Shown here: positions 47,458 through 56,581 of the stretch, piece by piece
Numbering within the stretch: position 1 is the first letter of the stretch
How the letters are laid out: each line of letters begins with the position of its first letter
IMG/VR virus record: IMGVR_UViG_3300007509_001035
Coordinates: 1-61,638 of that record
Reading direction: 5' to 3' (one strand)
Source: a virus
Lineage: Duplodnaviria; Caudoviricetes
Length of the DNA: 61,638 bases
The notes under the pieces: generated by a model
Told to the model about the DNA's origin: nothing
What the model saw: only the letters and a program-made list of their open reading frames with translations
Database searches by the model: none
Translations under genes and position numbers: made by a program

Positions 47458-47490
47458 TTCCTTGTATTATGTAGTATAATTTGTTATAAT
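47458..47490 (+). promoter_or_regulatory. sigma70-like phage promoter
   Basis: TTCC-TTGTAT, 17 bp, TGn-TATAAT. Confidence 0.75.
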
Positions 47491-47580
47491 GTATATAACA
47501 ATTAGGAAATCAACTAAGTGTTGATTATTGTGAAGTGATGAATGGTTCATCATTATTTGTTAATTGAAAAGGAGCAAAGT

Positions 47581-47799
47581 ATGAGTATGACTAAAAAACA
47601 TGGAATGCCTAAAGTAGGACAGAAAAATGCACGGAAGATTACCAGGCGTGAGTCTGAATTGACCGGCCTACCACGATGGGTAGAAATGTACACTAGCCCA
47701 GCGACTGGTGAAGTATCTTTTAAGAATGCCAACATTGATGGTGGTGCAAAAACTGTTCGGTCTATTAGGAAGACGTTGAATAGTTTTTATTCAGCTTAA
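47581..47799 (+). CDS. small basic hypothetical protein
   Basis: SD AAGGAG then ATG 47581; has its own promoter and terminator. Confidence 0.65.
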   Translation: MSMTKKHGMPKVGQKNARKITRRESELTGLPRWVEMYTSPATGEVSFKNANIDGGAKTVRSIRKTLNSFYSA

Positions 47800-47873
47800 A
47801 CGGCATACCCCCGTTGGTCGGAAGATAGAGAGGGAAAATATTAAGGACTAAATTTATATTTACGAATTAATTA

Positions 47874-47909
47874 GGGGTTCTTAGGAACCCCACCCTCTTT
47901 TCTTTTTTT
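47874..47909 (+). terminator. intrinsic terminator-like hairpin
   Basis: GGGGTTC-TTAG-GAACCCC then pyrimidine/T tract. Confidence 0.6.
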
Positions 47910-47914
47910 AAACT

Positions 47915-48049
47915 ATGAGAAATTTATTTCAAAAGATAAAGAAAAGTAAACATTCAAAGTTGTTATTAAAACTTTATATTGTTTGGTGTGTGATAGCTGA
48001 TCTTACATTATTAAGTGGTATTATTTGGAGTTTTATTTATTTTTGGTGA
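47915..48049 (+). CDS. 44-aa membrane peptide (not in ORF track)
   Basis: MRNLFQKIKKSKHSKLLLKLYIVWCVIADLTLLSGIIWSFIYFW; no clear SD. Confidence 0.45.
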   Translation: MRNLFQKIKKSKHSKLLLKLYIVWCVIADLTLLSGIIWSFIYFW

Positions 48050-48053
48050 TAAT

Positions 48054-48557
48054 ATGAAAAAGCTTATTTTATTATGTTTTATTATGATTTTTTGTAGTGG
48101 TTGGAGCTGGAATAATAATATATTATATACTGCTAGTCATACTACAAATGAGATTAATTGTTTAGCTAAAAATATTTATTTTGAAGCAAGAGATCAATTA
48201 GTAAAAGGACAAATAGCCGTAGCATTAGTTACTATAAATAGAGTTAAAAGTAAAAGATTTCCAAATAGTATTTGTAAAGTTGTAAAACAAGCACAAAAAA
48301 AGAATGGAAAAATAGTATTACATAAATGTCATTTTAGTTGGTATTGTGATGGAAAAAGTGATAAACCAAAAGATAAGATGTCGTGGGAAATATCTTATCT
48401 AATAGCCAGAGCCATGTTAAAGAATCCTATTAAAGATTTTTTGCATGGTGCAACACATTATCATAGAATAGATGTAAATCCATACTGGAACAAGAGAATG
48501 TTAAAATTCTCTACCATTGGCGACCATGTATTTTACATAGATGCCCTTAATCGTTAA
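48054..48557 (+). CDS. SleB-like cell wall hydrolase
   Basis: CLAKNIYFEAR, GQIAVA.VTINRV, FPNSICKVV, FSWYCDG, GATHYH, IGDHVFY; signal peptide. Confidence 0.9.
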   Translation: MKKLILLCFIMIFCSGWSWNNNILYTASHTTNEINCLAKNIYFEARDQLVKGQIAVALVTINRVKSKRFPNSICKVVKQAQKKNGKIVLHKCHFSWYCDGKSDKPKDKMSWEISYLIARAMLKNPIKDFLHGATHYHRIDVNPYWNKRMLKFSTIGDHVFYIDALNR

Positions 48558-48569
48558 GAAAGGACACCC

Positions 48570-49133
48570 ATGGCAAATAATAAATCAAACGAAACAACTC
48601 CTAACACAACACCGGATGATAATGATATATATTTGTTTATGAGTTCTGTAAATGATGAAAGCTGTAGAGATTTAATTTCTTTTATTATAGCAAAGAATTT
48701 AGAAAAACCAAAAGCAAAATATTTACAGCTTATTATTAATTCTAACGGTGGTGATCTAAATGCAGCTTTTGCAGTAATTGATATAATGAGAGGTAGTCCA
48801 ATAGCAATAAGAACCGTTGGGTTGGGTATGATTGCTTCAGCGGCTTTTGCAATATTTATTGCTGGGGAAAAAGGACATAGAACATTAACACCTAATACAT
48901 CTATAATGAGTCATCAATACACTTGGGGATCTTATGGCAAAGAACACGAACTGTTTTCGACGGTTAGAGAATATGAGTTAACAACAGAAAGAATGCTAGT
49001 GCATTACAAAAAATGTACTGGACTAAATGAGAAACAAATTAGAGAATATCTATTACCACCCCATGATGTCTGGTTGAGTGGTAAAGAAGCAAAAAAACTC
49101 GGAATTTGTGATAATGTAAAGGTGATGAAATAA
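48570..49133 (+). CDS. clpP: ClpP-like protease subunit
   Basis: IINSNGG, GMIASAA (Ser), IMSHQ (His), DVWLS..EA..LGICD. Confidence 0.87.
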   Translation: MANNKSNETTPNTTPDDNDIYLFMSSVNDESCRDLISFIIAKNLEKPKAKYLQLIINSNGGDLNAAFAVIDIMRGSPIAIRTVGLGMIASAAFAIFIAGEKGHRTLTPNTSIMSHQYTWGSYGKEHELFSTVREYELTTERMLVHYKKCTGLNEKQIREYLLPPHDVWLSGKEAKKLGICDNVKVMK

Positions 49134-49339
49134 TGAGTATTGATATTTCCTTGACAATAGAAGAACTTGTAAAGAAAAAAAATATTACATATATGGAAGC
49201 TATCTTAGAATATACTAATGAAGTTGATGGTGAAATTGAAATAATAGCAAAGATGTTAAACAAATCTATTAAAGACAAAATTGAAGCGGAAGCAACAGAA
49301 CTTAATATGTTTAAGAAATCAACAAAACTTCCAATTTAA
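49133..49339 (+). CDS. gp33: late transcription coactivator (T4 gp33)
   Basis: YMEAILEY, NKSIKDKIEAEA.ELN, KLPI; upstream of gp32. Confidence 0.85.
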   Translation: MSIDISLTIEELVKKKNITYMEAILEYTNEVDGEIEIIAKMLNKSIKDKIEAEATELNMFKKSTKLPI

Positions 49340-49418
49340 GAAAGGAGGATAATAACCTATATAATGATACTAAGTAATACAAATAATACAACGCAATATT
49401 AAATTTAAGGAGTAATAT

Positions 49419-50264
49419 ATGTCTAGTTTTAAAGATTTAAAAAAGAATAGAATATCCAACCTAGAATCCCTCTCTAAACAAGTTGAAAAACTTGCAGAAA
49501 AACCTTCATATGGTGATGATAGAATCTGGAAGTGTGAACGTGATAAGTCTGGTAATGGTTATGCCGTTATTCGTTTCCTTCCTGCCTCAAACAATGAAGA
49601 TGTACCTTGGGTTCAAATGTGGTCACACGGCTTCAAAGGTCCTGGTGGATGGTACATTGAAAATTCCTTGACCACTCTTGGTAAAGATGATCCTGTATCA
49701 AAAGCAAACACAGCTCTCTGGAACTCTGGTATTGAATCAGATAAAAATATTGCCAGAGATCGTAAACGAAAATTGAGTTATTATTCAAATATTCTCGTAT
49801 TGGAGGATAGTGCTAATGCAGAGAATGAGGGGAAAGTATTCTTGTTTCGTTATGGTAAGAAAATCTTTGAGAAAATTACTAGTGTCATGAATCCAGAGTT
49901 CAAAGATGAAACACCACTAAATCCTTTTGACTTTTGGGAGGGTGCGAACTTTAAACTTAAAATCCGTCAAGTAGAAGGCTATGCAAATTATGATAAGTCA
50001 GAGTTTGCTGGTCAGTCTAAATTGTTTGATGGTGATGATGCAAAGTGTGAAGCTATTTGGAAACAACAATATGCACTTCAAGAGTTGGTAAGTGCTGATA
50101 ATTTCAAATCTTATCAAGAATTGGAAGCACGGTTTAATACTGTGGTTGGTTCTAGTTCTGATTTTGAAGAAACTATTGATTCTGAGGATGCAGTAGAACC
50201 TGATGTGAAGGAATCATCTTCTGATGATTCTTTGGATTACTTTAAGAAGCTAGCAGAACAATAA
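49419..50264 (+). CDS. gp32: single-stranded DNA-binding protein (T4 gp32)
   Basis: DDRIW, GNGYAVIRFLP, HGFKGPGGWYIENS, GKKIF, NPFDFWEGANF, NYDKSEF. Confidence 0.96.
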   Translation: MSSFKDLKKNRISNLESLSKQVEKLAEKPSYGDDRIWKCERDKSGNGYAVIRFLPASNNEDVPWVQMWSHGFKGPGGWYIENSLTTLGKDDPVSKANTALWNSGIESDKNIARDRKRKLSYYSNILVLEDSANAENEGKVFLFRYGKKIFEKITSVMNPEFKDETPLNPFDFWEGANFKLKIRQVEGYANYDKSEFAGQSKLFDGDDAKCEAIWKQQYALQELVSADNFKSYQELEARFNTVVGSSSDFEETIDSEDAVEPDVKESSSDDSLDYFKKLAEQ

Positions 50265-50270
50265 AACTGG

Positions 50271-50294
50271 TAACGGGGACTTCGGTCCCCGTTA
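50271..50294. terminator. bidirectional terminator with cUUCGg tetraloop
   Basis: TAACGGGGAC-TTCG-GTCCCCGTTA between convergent genes. Confidence 0.9.
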
Positions 50295-52562
50295 TTACTT
50301 TGCATGACTTTCTGCAACATAAGAATTTGTTGCTGAAGTAGCAACTTCATAGGTATTATTATCCCCACCTTTGTTTATTTGTGTCATGTTAGTAGAACCA
50401 CCAGCACCTCCACCTGCTCCCTGTGTTTTTTGTGCTTGTGCTTGTGCTAACATCATACCTGATTCATTTCTTAAAAGAGCAGCCTCACTTTCCCTTCTTG
50501 TAGAATATTTATCACCAAAATTTTCTAACTCTTTTGTAGCTCCTGTCCAATTACCACTTTGTGCTAATTTTTGAAAGGTTGGGGTTTCACTTAAACTTCC
50601 ATATTGAAATGCAACAGAAGCAGCAACTGTTTTTTGCGCTGAAGTTAAATCACTAAACATTTTTCCACCCATCTTTTTAGCATTCGCATTCCATTCTCTT
50701 TTGAGTTTAGAAAGAGCACCACTTTTTGACATCTTATCAATTTCTTTGGCTTCTTTGGCAGTAATCTTTAATTCGCGAAATTTTAAAGCTACTACTGCCT
50801 TTTCACCTTTAAGTCCTAGGAATGGTGCCAGTTTAGCTTGCAGTTCTGGTGATAAACCTTTAATATCTTGTGGACCTCTTGCACCTAAATCAAACCCTGT
50901 AGCAATTGTTACACCAGATTTAGAACCTGTTGGGTCAGGAACATAGCCTTCTAATTTTGAACCACCTTCTTTTTTAGAAATAAATCCCCAATCAATTTGA
51001 CCTTTCTCAATCTTTACAGGTGTTACTATGGGCATAGATGGTTTCTTTGCATCATGCTTTACAGGTGTTACTATGGGCATAGATGGTTTCTTTGCATCAT
51101 ATATAGCCGCCTGATCAGCTTTAAGTTGGTCGAGTCTTTTTTTAAGTCTGGTCAATGTTTGCTTCCGCTCACCGGGAGCATTTTCCTTTCTTAGATTAGC
51201 AGCATCCATTTCATTATATACAGATTGTATTTCAGCTTCTATTCCTTTTAGATCACCTTTAGCAACAGCAGAGGATGCACCTCCTCTTCTTCTTTTAAGT
51301 TGTTCTTGTTTTAGTCTTTCTTGTTCTGCATTTTTTTCTTCTTGGGACATTTCATTATATTTTTTACCAGATTTTAATTCTCTTAATTCTTTTATTTCTT
51401 TTTGAGTTAATTCTTTTTGAGTCTTGCCAAACATAGTATCATATATATCACCAAAGAAATTTGTAATTCCTTTAGCCCATTTATCACCAGTTTCCTTTGA
51501 TATCATACCTAATGTTAAAGCTTGCATAAATCCTGATAAGCCAGCCTCCCATACCTGTTTAACAGTTCCACCTTCTTCCCATTTCTTATAACCGTCAAAT
51601 ATTCCTTTACCAACAGCTATAACTAATCCAGCAATACCAAGTCCTTTAGCAATTGTTCCAACCGCTGGCATCGCACTACCCATAGCACCAGCAAGTTTAC
51701 CAATAAGACCACCGGCACCTTTTGCACCCATAATTGCAACTTTTAATGGTGCAGTAAGTAAAGAACCAGTTGTTCCACCAATGATTTTTCCTAATACGAA
51801 CAAACCAGCAATAGATTTAAATACTCCACCTACCTTGCTTACAATTCCATCTTCACTCGTACCAAACCATTCTTCCCATTTTGCTTTAATATCTTTAGTT
51901 AATGAACCGTCATAACCAAGTAGTTTTGCACCCCAGACTAACAGTTCATCAACTGTGTTCGCAACAAAAGTACCGACCTCTCCAAAAACACCAAGAATTG
52001 CTGTAAATTTTTCTGTCCCTGTTTTATCATCCCAACCAGCTAATTGTTCTTTAATTCCATCAAACATCTGTGTTAAATTATCCCATTCTTCTTTAAATAA
52101 TGTAATTGTAGCTGGTAGGAGAGTTTTCATCCCCCATGTCGCTATACTTGCGGCGATCGGTTGTAGTACATTATATACTTCTTCTAATGCACCTTTAAAC
52201 GCCTTCCAGAATTTTTCTAATTGTTTTATATCTAATTGTGTAAATAAAGCAATTAAACCAACACCTAATAAACCGACAATAAGTTTCTTATACTTACTAA
52301 ACATTTTTTTAATACCATCTTTTGCAGCTTTACCGGTACCTGCCATTCCACTACCAGCACTTTTAAGTATGCCCTTCAGAGATTCTAAAAACTTTTTATT
52401 CTCAGCTTTTTTCTCTTTTTCTGCTTCTATATCTTTAGGCGGTTCTTTAACAGCTTCTTTAACACCTTCTAATTGTTTTCTAATGTTCTCATTAATTTTT
52501 AACAGAGTTTCATTAGTCTGCTTTTGTGCAGCTGTTAAGTCTTTTAAATTGTCGTCAGCCAT
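50295..52562 (-). CDS. tape-measure-like / baseplate hub protein with C-terminal pesticin-type lysozyme domain
   Basis: Long helical A/G/K-rich body with hydrophobic stretches; IDWGFISKKEGG..LEGYVP...SGVTIATGFDLG, SVAFQYG, TRRESEA. Confidence 0.7.
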   Translation of the reverse strand: MADDNLKDLTAAQKQTNETLLKINENIRKQLEGVKEAVKEPPKDIEAEKEKKAENKKFLESLKGILKSAGSGMAGTGKAAKDGIKKMFSKYKKLIVGLLGVGLIALFTQLDIKQLEKFWKAFKGALEEVYNVLQPIAASIATWGMKTLLPATITLFKEEWDNLTQMFDGIKEQLAGWDDKTGTEKFTAILGVFGEVGTFVANTVDELLVWGAKLLGYDGSLTKDIKAKWEEWFGTSEDGIVSKVGGVFKSIAGLFVLGKIIGGTTGSLLTAPLKVAIMGAKGAGGLIGKLAGAMGSAMPAVGTIAKGLGIAGLVIAVGKGIFDGYKKWEEGGTVKQVWEAGLSGFMQALTLGMISKETGDKWAKGITNFFGDIYDTMFGKTQKELTQKEIKELRELKSGKKYNEMSQEEKNAEQERLKQEQLKRRRGGASSAVAKGDLKGIEAEIQSVYNEMDAANLRKENAPGERKQTLTRLKKRLDQLKADQAAIYDAKKPSMPIVTPVKHDAKKPSMPIVTPVKIEKGQIDWGFISKKEGGSKLEGYVPDPTGSKSGVTIATGFDLGARGPQDIKGLSPELQAKLAPFLGLKGEKAVVALKFRELKITAKEAKEIDKMSKSGALSKLKREWNANAKKMGGKMFSDLTSAQKTVAASVAFQYGSLSETPTFQKLAQSGNWTGATKELENFGDKYSTRRESEAALLRNESGMMLAQAQAQKTQGAGGGAGGSTNMTQINKGGDNNTYEVATSATNSYVAESHAK
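51012..51100. repeat. 45-bp-period tandem duplication
   Basis: 44 identical nt at 51012-51055 and 51057-51100 (DAKKPSMPIVTPVK twice). Confidence 0.9.
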
Positions 52563-52568
52563 TATGGT

Positions 52569-52754
52569 TTATCCTTGTTGTTGTTTTTGTCTTTCGTTTT
52601 CTTCTTCAATGTGTTTCATTAATAACATTATATAAATTTCACGTTCCCATGGAATTAGATTTTCTACCTCGACCAATGAATACTTATGATGTTGCATCAA
52701 ACTAAAATTAGTGTTATAATAGTTACTTATTGATTCCTGTCCGAGGCTTATTCG
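52569..52754 (-). CDS. small baseplate/tail assembly ORF, probable -1 frameshift extension of the upstream gene (not in ORF track)
   Basis: -1 frame RISLGQESISNYYNTNFSLMQHHKYSLVEVENLIPWEREIYIMLL...QQQG; first ATG only at codon 20, no SD. Confidence 0.75.
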   Translation of the reverse strand, partial: RISLGQESISNYYNTNFSLMQHHKYSLVEVENLIPWEREIYIMLLMKHIEEENERQKQQQG

Positions 52755-53482
52755 AAAAAAGATCCAAGACCCTCCAGAGTCTTAGTATCCTTCCAACCAC
52801 ATATACTAGCGTTTTTTCCTTTACCGTTCTTTGATGTGCATTTTAATTCAACTTCATGTTTTAACACGGGAACTGTATCAAAGAAGTTTTGAATTTTAGT
52901 AAAGGATTCATCAGGTAATGATTCCATAAATTCATTTAATTCTTCTCTAGTGTGATCTTTTGAAGCATATACTGTTTCTTTATCCCAAATAGATTCTATA
53001 CAAAATGAAATAGTAGTGAATATATTTTCTACATCACTATTTTCTTTGCTAATAACCTTTTGTATGTCCATTGAAGGATATTTCATAATTACACCAACAT
53101 CATCTGATAATGGTATTTTAATGTCATGTCCTTCTGTTCTGGTTATTTCTATTTTTGATAAATCAACTTGTATAGCAATTGGTTTTTTACATTTACCACA
53201 TTCAAACGATAAGTCAACAATTTCACCTTTTGATTTAGCTCTTAATTGTAAAAAGATATATTCAATATCAAACATCGGCATATTTTTTACATCAAGATCC
53301 TCATATACGCAATTATGAATTATATCTTTAATTGCCGTTGTCATTTCTTCTTCTTTATCACTTTCCATAGCAATAAGAAGAATCTTTTCTTCTTTGACCA
53401 AGAACGGTCGATAATTTACTTCTTTTCCAGATGACGGAATTTTTAATTGATACTTGGGTACTGCGATTGTTGGTAATGCCAT
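52748..53482 (-). CDS. baseplate hub assembly protein (T4 gp26/gp51-like)
   Basis: MALP, YRPFLVKEEKILL, FDIEYIFLQLRAKSKGE, MKYPS, LEGLGSFF. Confidence 0.85.
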   Translation of the reverse strand: MALPTIAVPKYQLKIPSSGKEVNYRPFLVKEEKILLIAMESDKEEEMTTAIKDIIHNCVYEDLDVKNMPMFDIEYIFLQLRAKSKGEIVDLSFECGKCKKPIAIQVDLSKIEITRTEGHDIKIPLSDDVGVIMKYPSMDIQKVISKENSDVENIFTTISFCIESIWDKETVYASKDHTREELNEFMESLPDESFTKIQNFFDTVPVLKHEVELKCTSKNGKGKNASICGWKDTKTLEGLGSFFE

Positions 53483-53521
53483 TTCATTCGCTCCTTTTAT
53501 GAAATAATAATTAAATAATAA

Positions 53522-54364
53522 TTAAATACTAATACCTCCGATCATATTTTTTCCTCTTACTATTGTTGACAATTTTGGTAAAGATAAACTATCAAGGAAA
53601 TGTCCCATAGTCGATCCAGTTTCACTTGCTTTTGCCTTAGCTTTGTCAATATGTCTTTGAAAGTTATTGAACGTATTTAAAGAAGAATTTTCTGGTACAA
53701 GGCCAGTATGATCTGTATATTTAATATCACGGTATGTTATATTTGTAGATACTTTTTGAATACTATTGGCAAGACCATGACCTAAAGCTAGTGGTGTAAC
53801 TGTTTTTGGATATGCTTCAAGTAGTTTTGCAGATAACATAACTTTTAAATCCTCACCGTCTGATTCTGCAACACCGGAACATTGATGAATTGTTATTGTA
53901 CCAATGTAATCCGTATAATAACTAACTCGCGTATTAACAATCATTAAGTCCATCCATGCTTTAATAAAATTAAATTCTTTTAAATCATCACTTACATAAA
54001 ACGTCAGGGTTATTGGTTCTACTATTTTATCATAAGCATATTCTGCCGTTGAAAATGCACCCATCTGTGGTGTTGGTTTTGTTGCTATCACCTGACCTGG
54101 AATTGAAACAGTATCACAATTCAATGCTATTTCTTTTAGTTGTTTTGAATAATCTCCACGAAGTTTATTAGGAGGTGTAATTGTAACATAATATAAATAA
54201 GGTCTTGAAAATAAATTAGACCTTTTTACTTGAGACATCATTCTGTTTATACTATTATCCGGTGTTATTAGTTTTTTTTCAGCTAGTTTACCCTCTTCGG
54301 CTTGATCCCAGATCCCCATATTAACGGTTCCAGTTGAATTATCTATTGACCATTTATCTGCCAT
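53522..54364 (-). CDS. tail tube initiator / tube-fold protein (gp54-like)
   Basis: SRPYLY, CDTVSIPG, ITLTFY, YYTDYIGTI, EAYPKTV. Confidence 0.7.
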   Translation of the reverse strand: MADKWSIDNSTGTVNMGIWDQAEEGKLAEKKLITPDNSINRMMSQVKRSNLFSRPYLYYVTITPPNKLRGDYSKQLKEIALNCDTVSIPGQVIATKPTPQMGAFSTAEYAYDKIVEPITLTFYVSDDLKEFNFIKAWMDLMIVNTRVSYYTDYIGTITIHQCSGVAESDGEDLKVMLSAKLLEAYPKTVTPLALGHGLANSIQKVSTNITYRDIKYTDHTGLVPENSSLNTFNNFQRHIDKAKAKASETGSTMGHFLDSLSLPKLSTIVRGKNMIGGISI

Positions 54365-54367
54365 TTT

Positions 54368-54856
54368 TTATATCCTTTGTAGTCTTAATGATTCTTTCCA
54401 AACTAACATACTATTCACTTTTTTTCCTTCACTTGTAATAAACATTTCTGCTGGTTGTTCTAATGATAATAACCAGTCCGCTGGATGAACTTCTATGATT
54501 TTTGATTTAATATTATCTTTTTTATATTTTCTAAAAGAAACTTTAGCACCTCTGAATTTCTTTGATATTAGTATAATTTTCTGAAATGCCTTAACAAATA
54601 ATATAGTCTTTTCTGTAATAATATCTGTTGTAGAAAAAAATGGCCTCATATTTTCAAATAACTTGATTCTTTCTTTAGGGGCTAGATAATGAAAATCAAT
54701 ACCTTCATATAAACCTTTTCGTTTTCTTAGCATAAATATTAATGGAAACTTATTATAATATTTTGTGTCGCTACTAGCCATGTATCTATAAATATACATT
54801 TTACCGGGAATTAATCGTGTTACTTCTTTTCCTTTTATTTGTCTTAATGTTGCCAT
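54368..54856 (-). CDS. gp2: DNA end protector protein (T4 gp2-like)
   Basis: PGKMYIYRY, YYNKFPL, GIDFHYL, VWKES; next to gp4. Confidence 0.75.
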   Translation of the reverse strand: MATLRQIKGKEVTRLIPGKMYIYRYMASSDTKYYNKFPLIFMLRKRKGLYEGIDFHYLAPKERIKLFENMRPFFSTTDIITEKTILFVKAFQKIILISKKFRGAKVSFRKYKKDNIKSKIIEVHPADWLLSLEQPAEMFITSEGKKVNSMLVWKESLRLQRI

Positions 54857-54861
54857 GTATA

Positions 54862-54869
54862 TATTTATA
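54862..54869 (-). promoter_or_regulatory. T4-type late promoter
   Basis: TATAAATA on minus strand just upstream of gp2. Confidence 0.6.
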
Positions 54870-55335
54870 ACACTTTCTTGGATTTTTTAGTCTTGATTCC
54901 GAGCTCTTTTTCGGTTATAATCACAAATTCATATCCTCGTTTCTCAGCCCATTTACGAGCAGCCTTCCATTTTGCCTGATTCATTATATAAGCTTTGAGT
55001 TTCTTGATATATCCCGGAGTCTGTTTCTTTGGTTTCTTGGGGGGTTTACATTGGTCTGCTGGTTTGACTTCAATGATATATTTTCTATATTCTCCTGTCT
55101 TAGATTTTACTTTAGCATAAAAATCAACGAAATATCGTCTGGTTTTCTTCTCTACTGGACTATAATATGGAATAATGACATTTTCAGAACCCCATTCAAT
55201 TACGTTGGGGTGAGTGTCCAGATACTTCATATACTTCAATTCCCATGTTGAACGGTATTGACATTCTTGAAGATTTGCCACATATTTTTCTTTATTTTGA
55301 ACTATGTAACGACCGACTCTTGGATATTTTTTCAT
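54865..55335 (-). CDS. gp4: head completion nuclease (T4 gp4)
   Basis: YRSTWE, WGSE..IIPY, RYFVDF, IEVKP, NQAKWKAA, ITEKEL. Confidence 0.9.
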   Translation of the reverse strand: MKKYPRVGRYIVQNKEKYVANLQECQYRSTWELKYMKYLDTHPNVIEWGSENVIIPYYSPVEKKTRRYFVDFYAKVKSKTGEYRKYIIEVKPADQCKPPKKPKKQTPGYIKKLKAYIMNQAKWKAARKWAEKRGYEFVIITEKELGIKTKKSKKVL

Positions 55336-55343
55336 AAAACTTT

Positions 55344-55373
55344 TATAAATATAGTATAGTTCCAGTATTTATA
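55344..55373. promoter_or_regulatory. pair of opposed T4 late promoters for the divergent tail operons
   Basis: TATAAATA on plus at 55344-55351 and on minus at 55366-55373. Confidence 0.7.
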
Positions 55374-55386
55374 ATAGGAGTAGGAA

Positions 55387-56580
55387 ATGCCAAATCAATC
55401 AATCACAGAAATATACGAAGAACAAAGAGGGGATGTCGCCGATAAGGAAGGTCAGACTTTACCAACGCATAGGTATCCGATACACCTAGATAACTTTAAT
55501 AGTGATAATGTAACACCCATACTTCAAGAATGTATTCATTTTACTGCTGTCAAGCAAGGTGGTATTTCTTTACAAGCAGAGGCAGATAATTCTAAGGCTA
55601 TAGCAGAAGCAGAAGCAGACCAACATAGACAAGAAATGATACATAAAAATGGGATGTTAAAAACAGGTTCTTCAGGTTCGTATGTTCATCCTGACAATAC
55701 AGCAAGAGAGAATCGAGACGCAGATTATGCAACTACTCAAGCAGAAGATGGTAACCGTACTGTTGGTGATGTTTGGTGGGAAGGTGCAAGAATAATGGCA
55801 GAAGGTGCAAAAAAAGGACTGAAAAAAGTGGGTAAAGTAGTAACAACACAAATGAAAGCAATGCAACAAAAACCTAAAAATCTTGAACATTGTTTTTTAT
55901 ATATGCCTAGTTCTGTACAGTATGAAGAAGGTGCATCATGGGGAGCAGCAGAACTTAATGGATTAGGCAATATGATAAAACAAGGATTAAGAGGTCAAGG
56001 TTCTGCTGTTGATATTGTTAAAAACTTTTCTGGTGGCACGATTACTGGTCTTGCCAAAGCAGTTGCTGTAGGTGGTGGTGCATTAGCAGCAGGTGCTATT
56101 GGGGCTCTTGGTATAGCTTCAATGTTTGAAGGTGTTGGTAATGGATTAAGAGCTGCAGGAAGATTTACAGAAAATCCTTATGAAGAGCAATTATTTAATG
56201 GAATAGGATTTAGAAGTTTTACTTTTGAATTTGCATTTGCTCCTGCTAGTGAAGCAGAAGGAAAAGAAATAGATAATATTATTAAAATGTTTAGATTTCA
56301 TTCCAGACCAAATTTTGTTGGTGGATGGCTTGGTGATGGACTTTATACATTTCCAAATGAATTTAGTATAGATTTTAAAATGAATGTAAATAATGAATTT
56401 GTAGATCATAAATTCTTACCAAAACTATATAATTGCGTATGTACGAATGTTTCTACTAATTATTCACCAGAAGGATTTTATGTAGCATTAAGAGATGGTA
56501 GACCAGTTTCATATAATCTTAGTTTAGCTTTCACAGAAACCGTGAAAATTACTCAACGTGAAATAAAACAAGGATATTAG
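55387..56580 (+). CDS. gp48: baseplate tail tube cap (T4 gp48-like)
   Basis: LYMP, NPYEEQLFNGIGFRSFTFEF, IIKMFR, P.EF.I, NYSP, LSLAFTE. Confidence 0.8.
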   Translation: MPNQSITEIYEEQRGDVADKEGQTLPTHRYPIHLDNFNSDNVTPILQECIHFTAVKQGGISLQAEADNSKAIAEAEADQHRQEMIHKNGMLKTGSSGSYVHPDNTARENRDADYATTQAEDGNRTVGDVWWEGARIMAEGAKKGLKKVGKVVTTQMKAMQQKPKNLEHCFLYMPSSVQYEEGASWGAAELNGLGNMIKQGLRGQGSAVDIVKNFSGGTITGLAKAVAVGGGALAAGAIGALGIASMFEGVGNGLRAAGRFTENPYEEQLFNGIGFRSFTFEFAFAPASEAEGKEIDNIIKMFRFHSRPNFVGGWLGDGLYTFPNEFSIDFKMNVNNEFVDHKFLPKLYNCVCTNVSTNYSPEGFYVALRDGRPVSYNLSLAFTETVKITQREIKQGY

Positions 56581-56581
56581 T

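Noticed and set aside
51955-52635. 226-aa plus-strand ORF and the many other antisense or nested ORFs in the track (for example 295-480, 2690-3052, 29960-30415, 60427-60792)
   Set aside because: They are shadows of well-supported genes on the other strand or frame, with no SD or recognisable motifs
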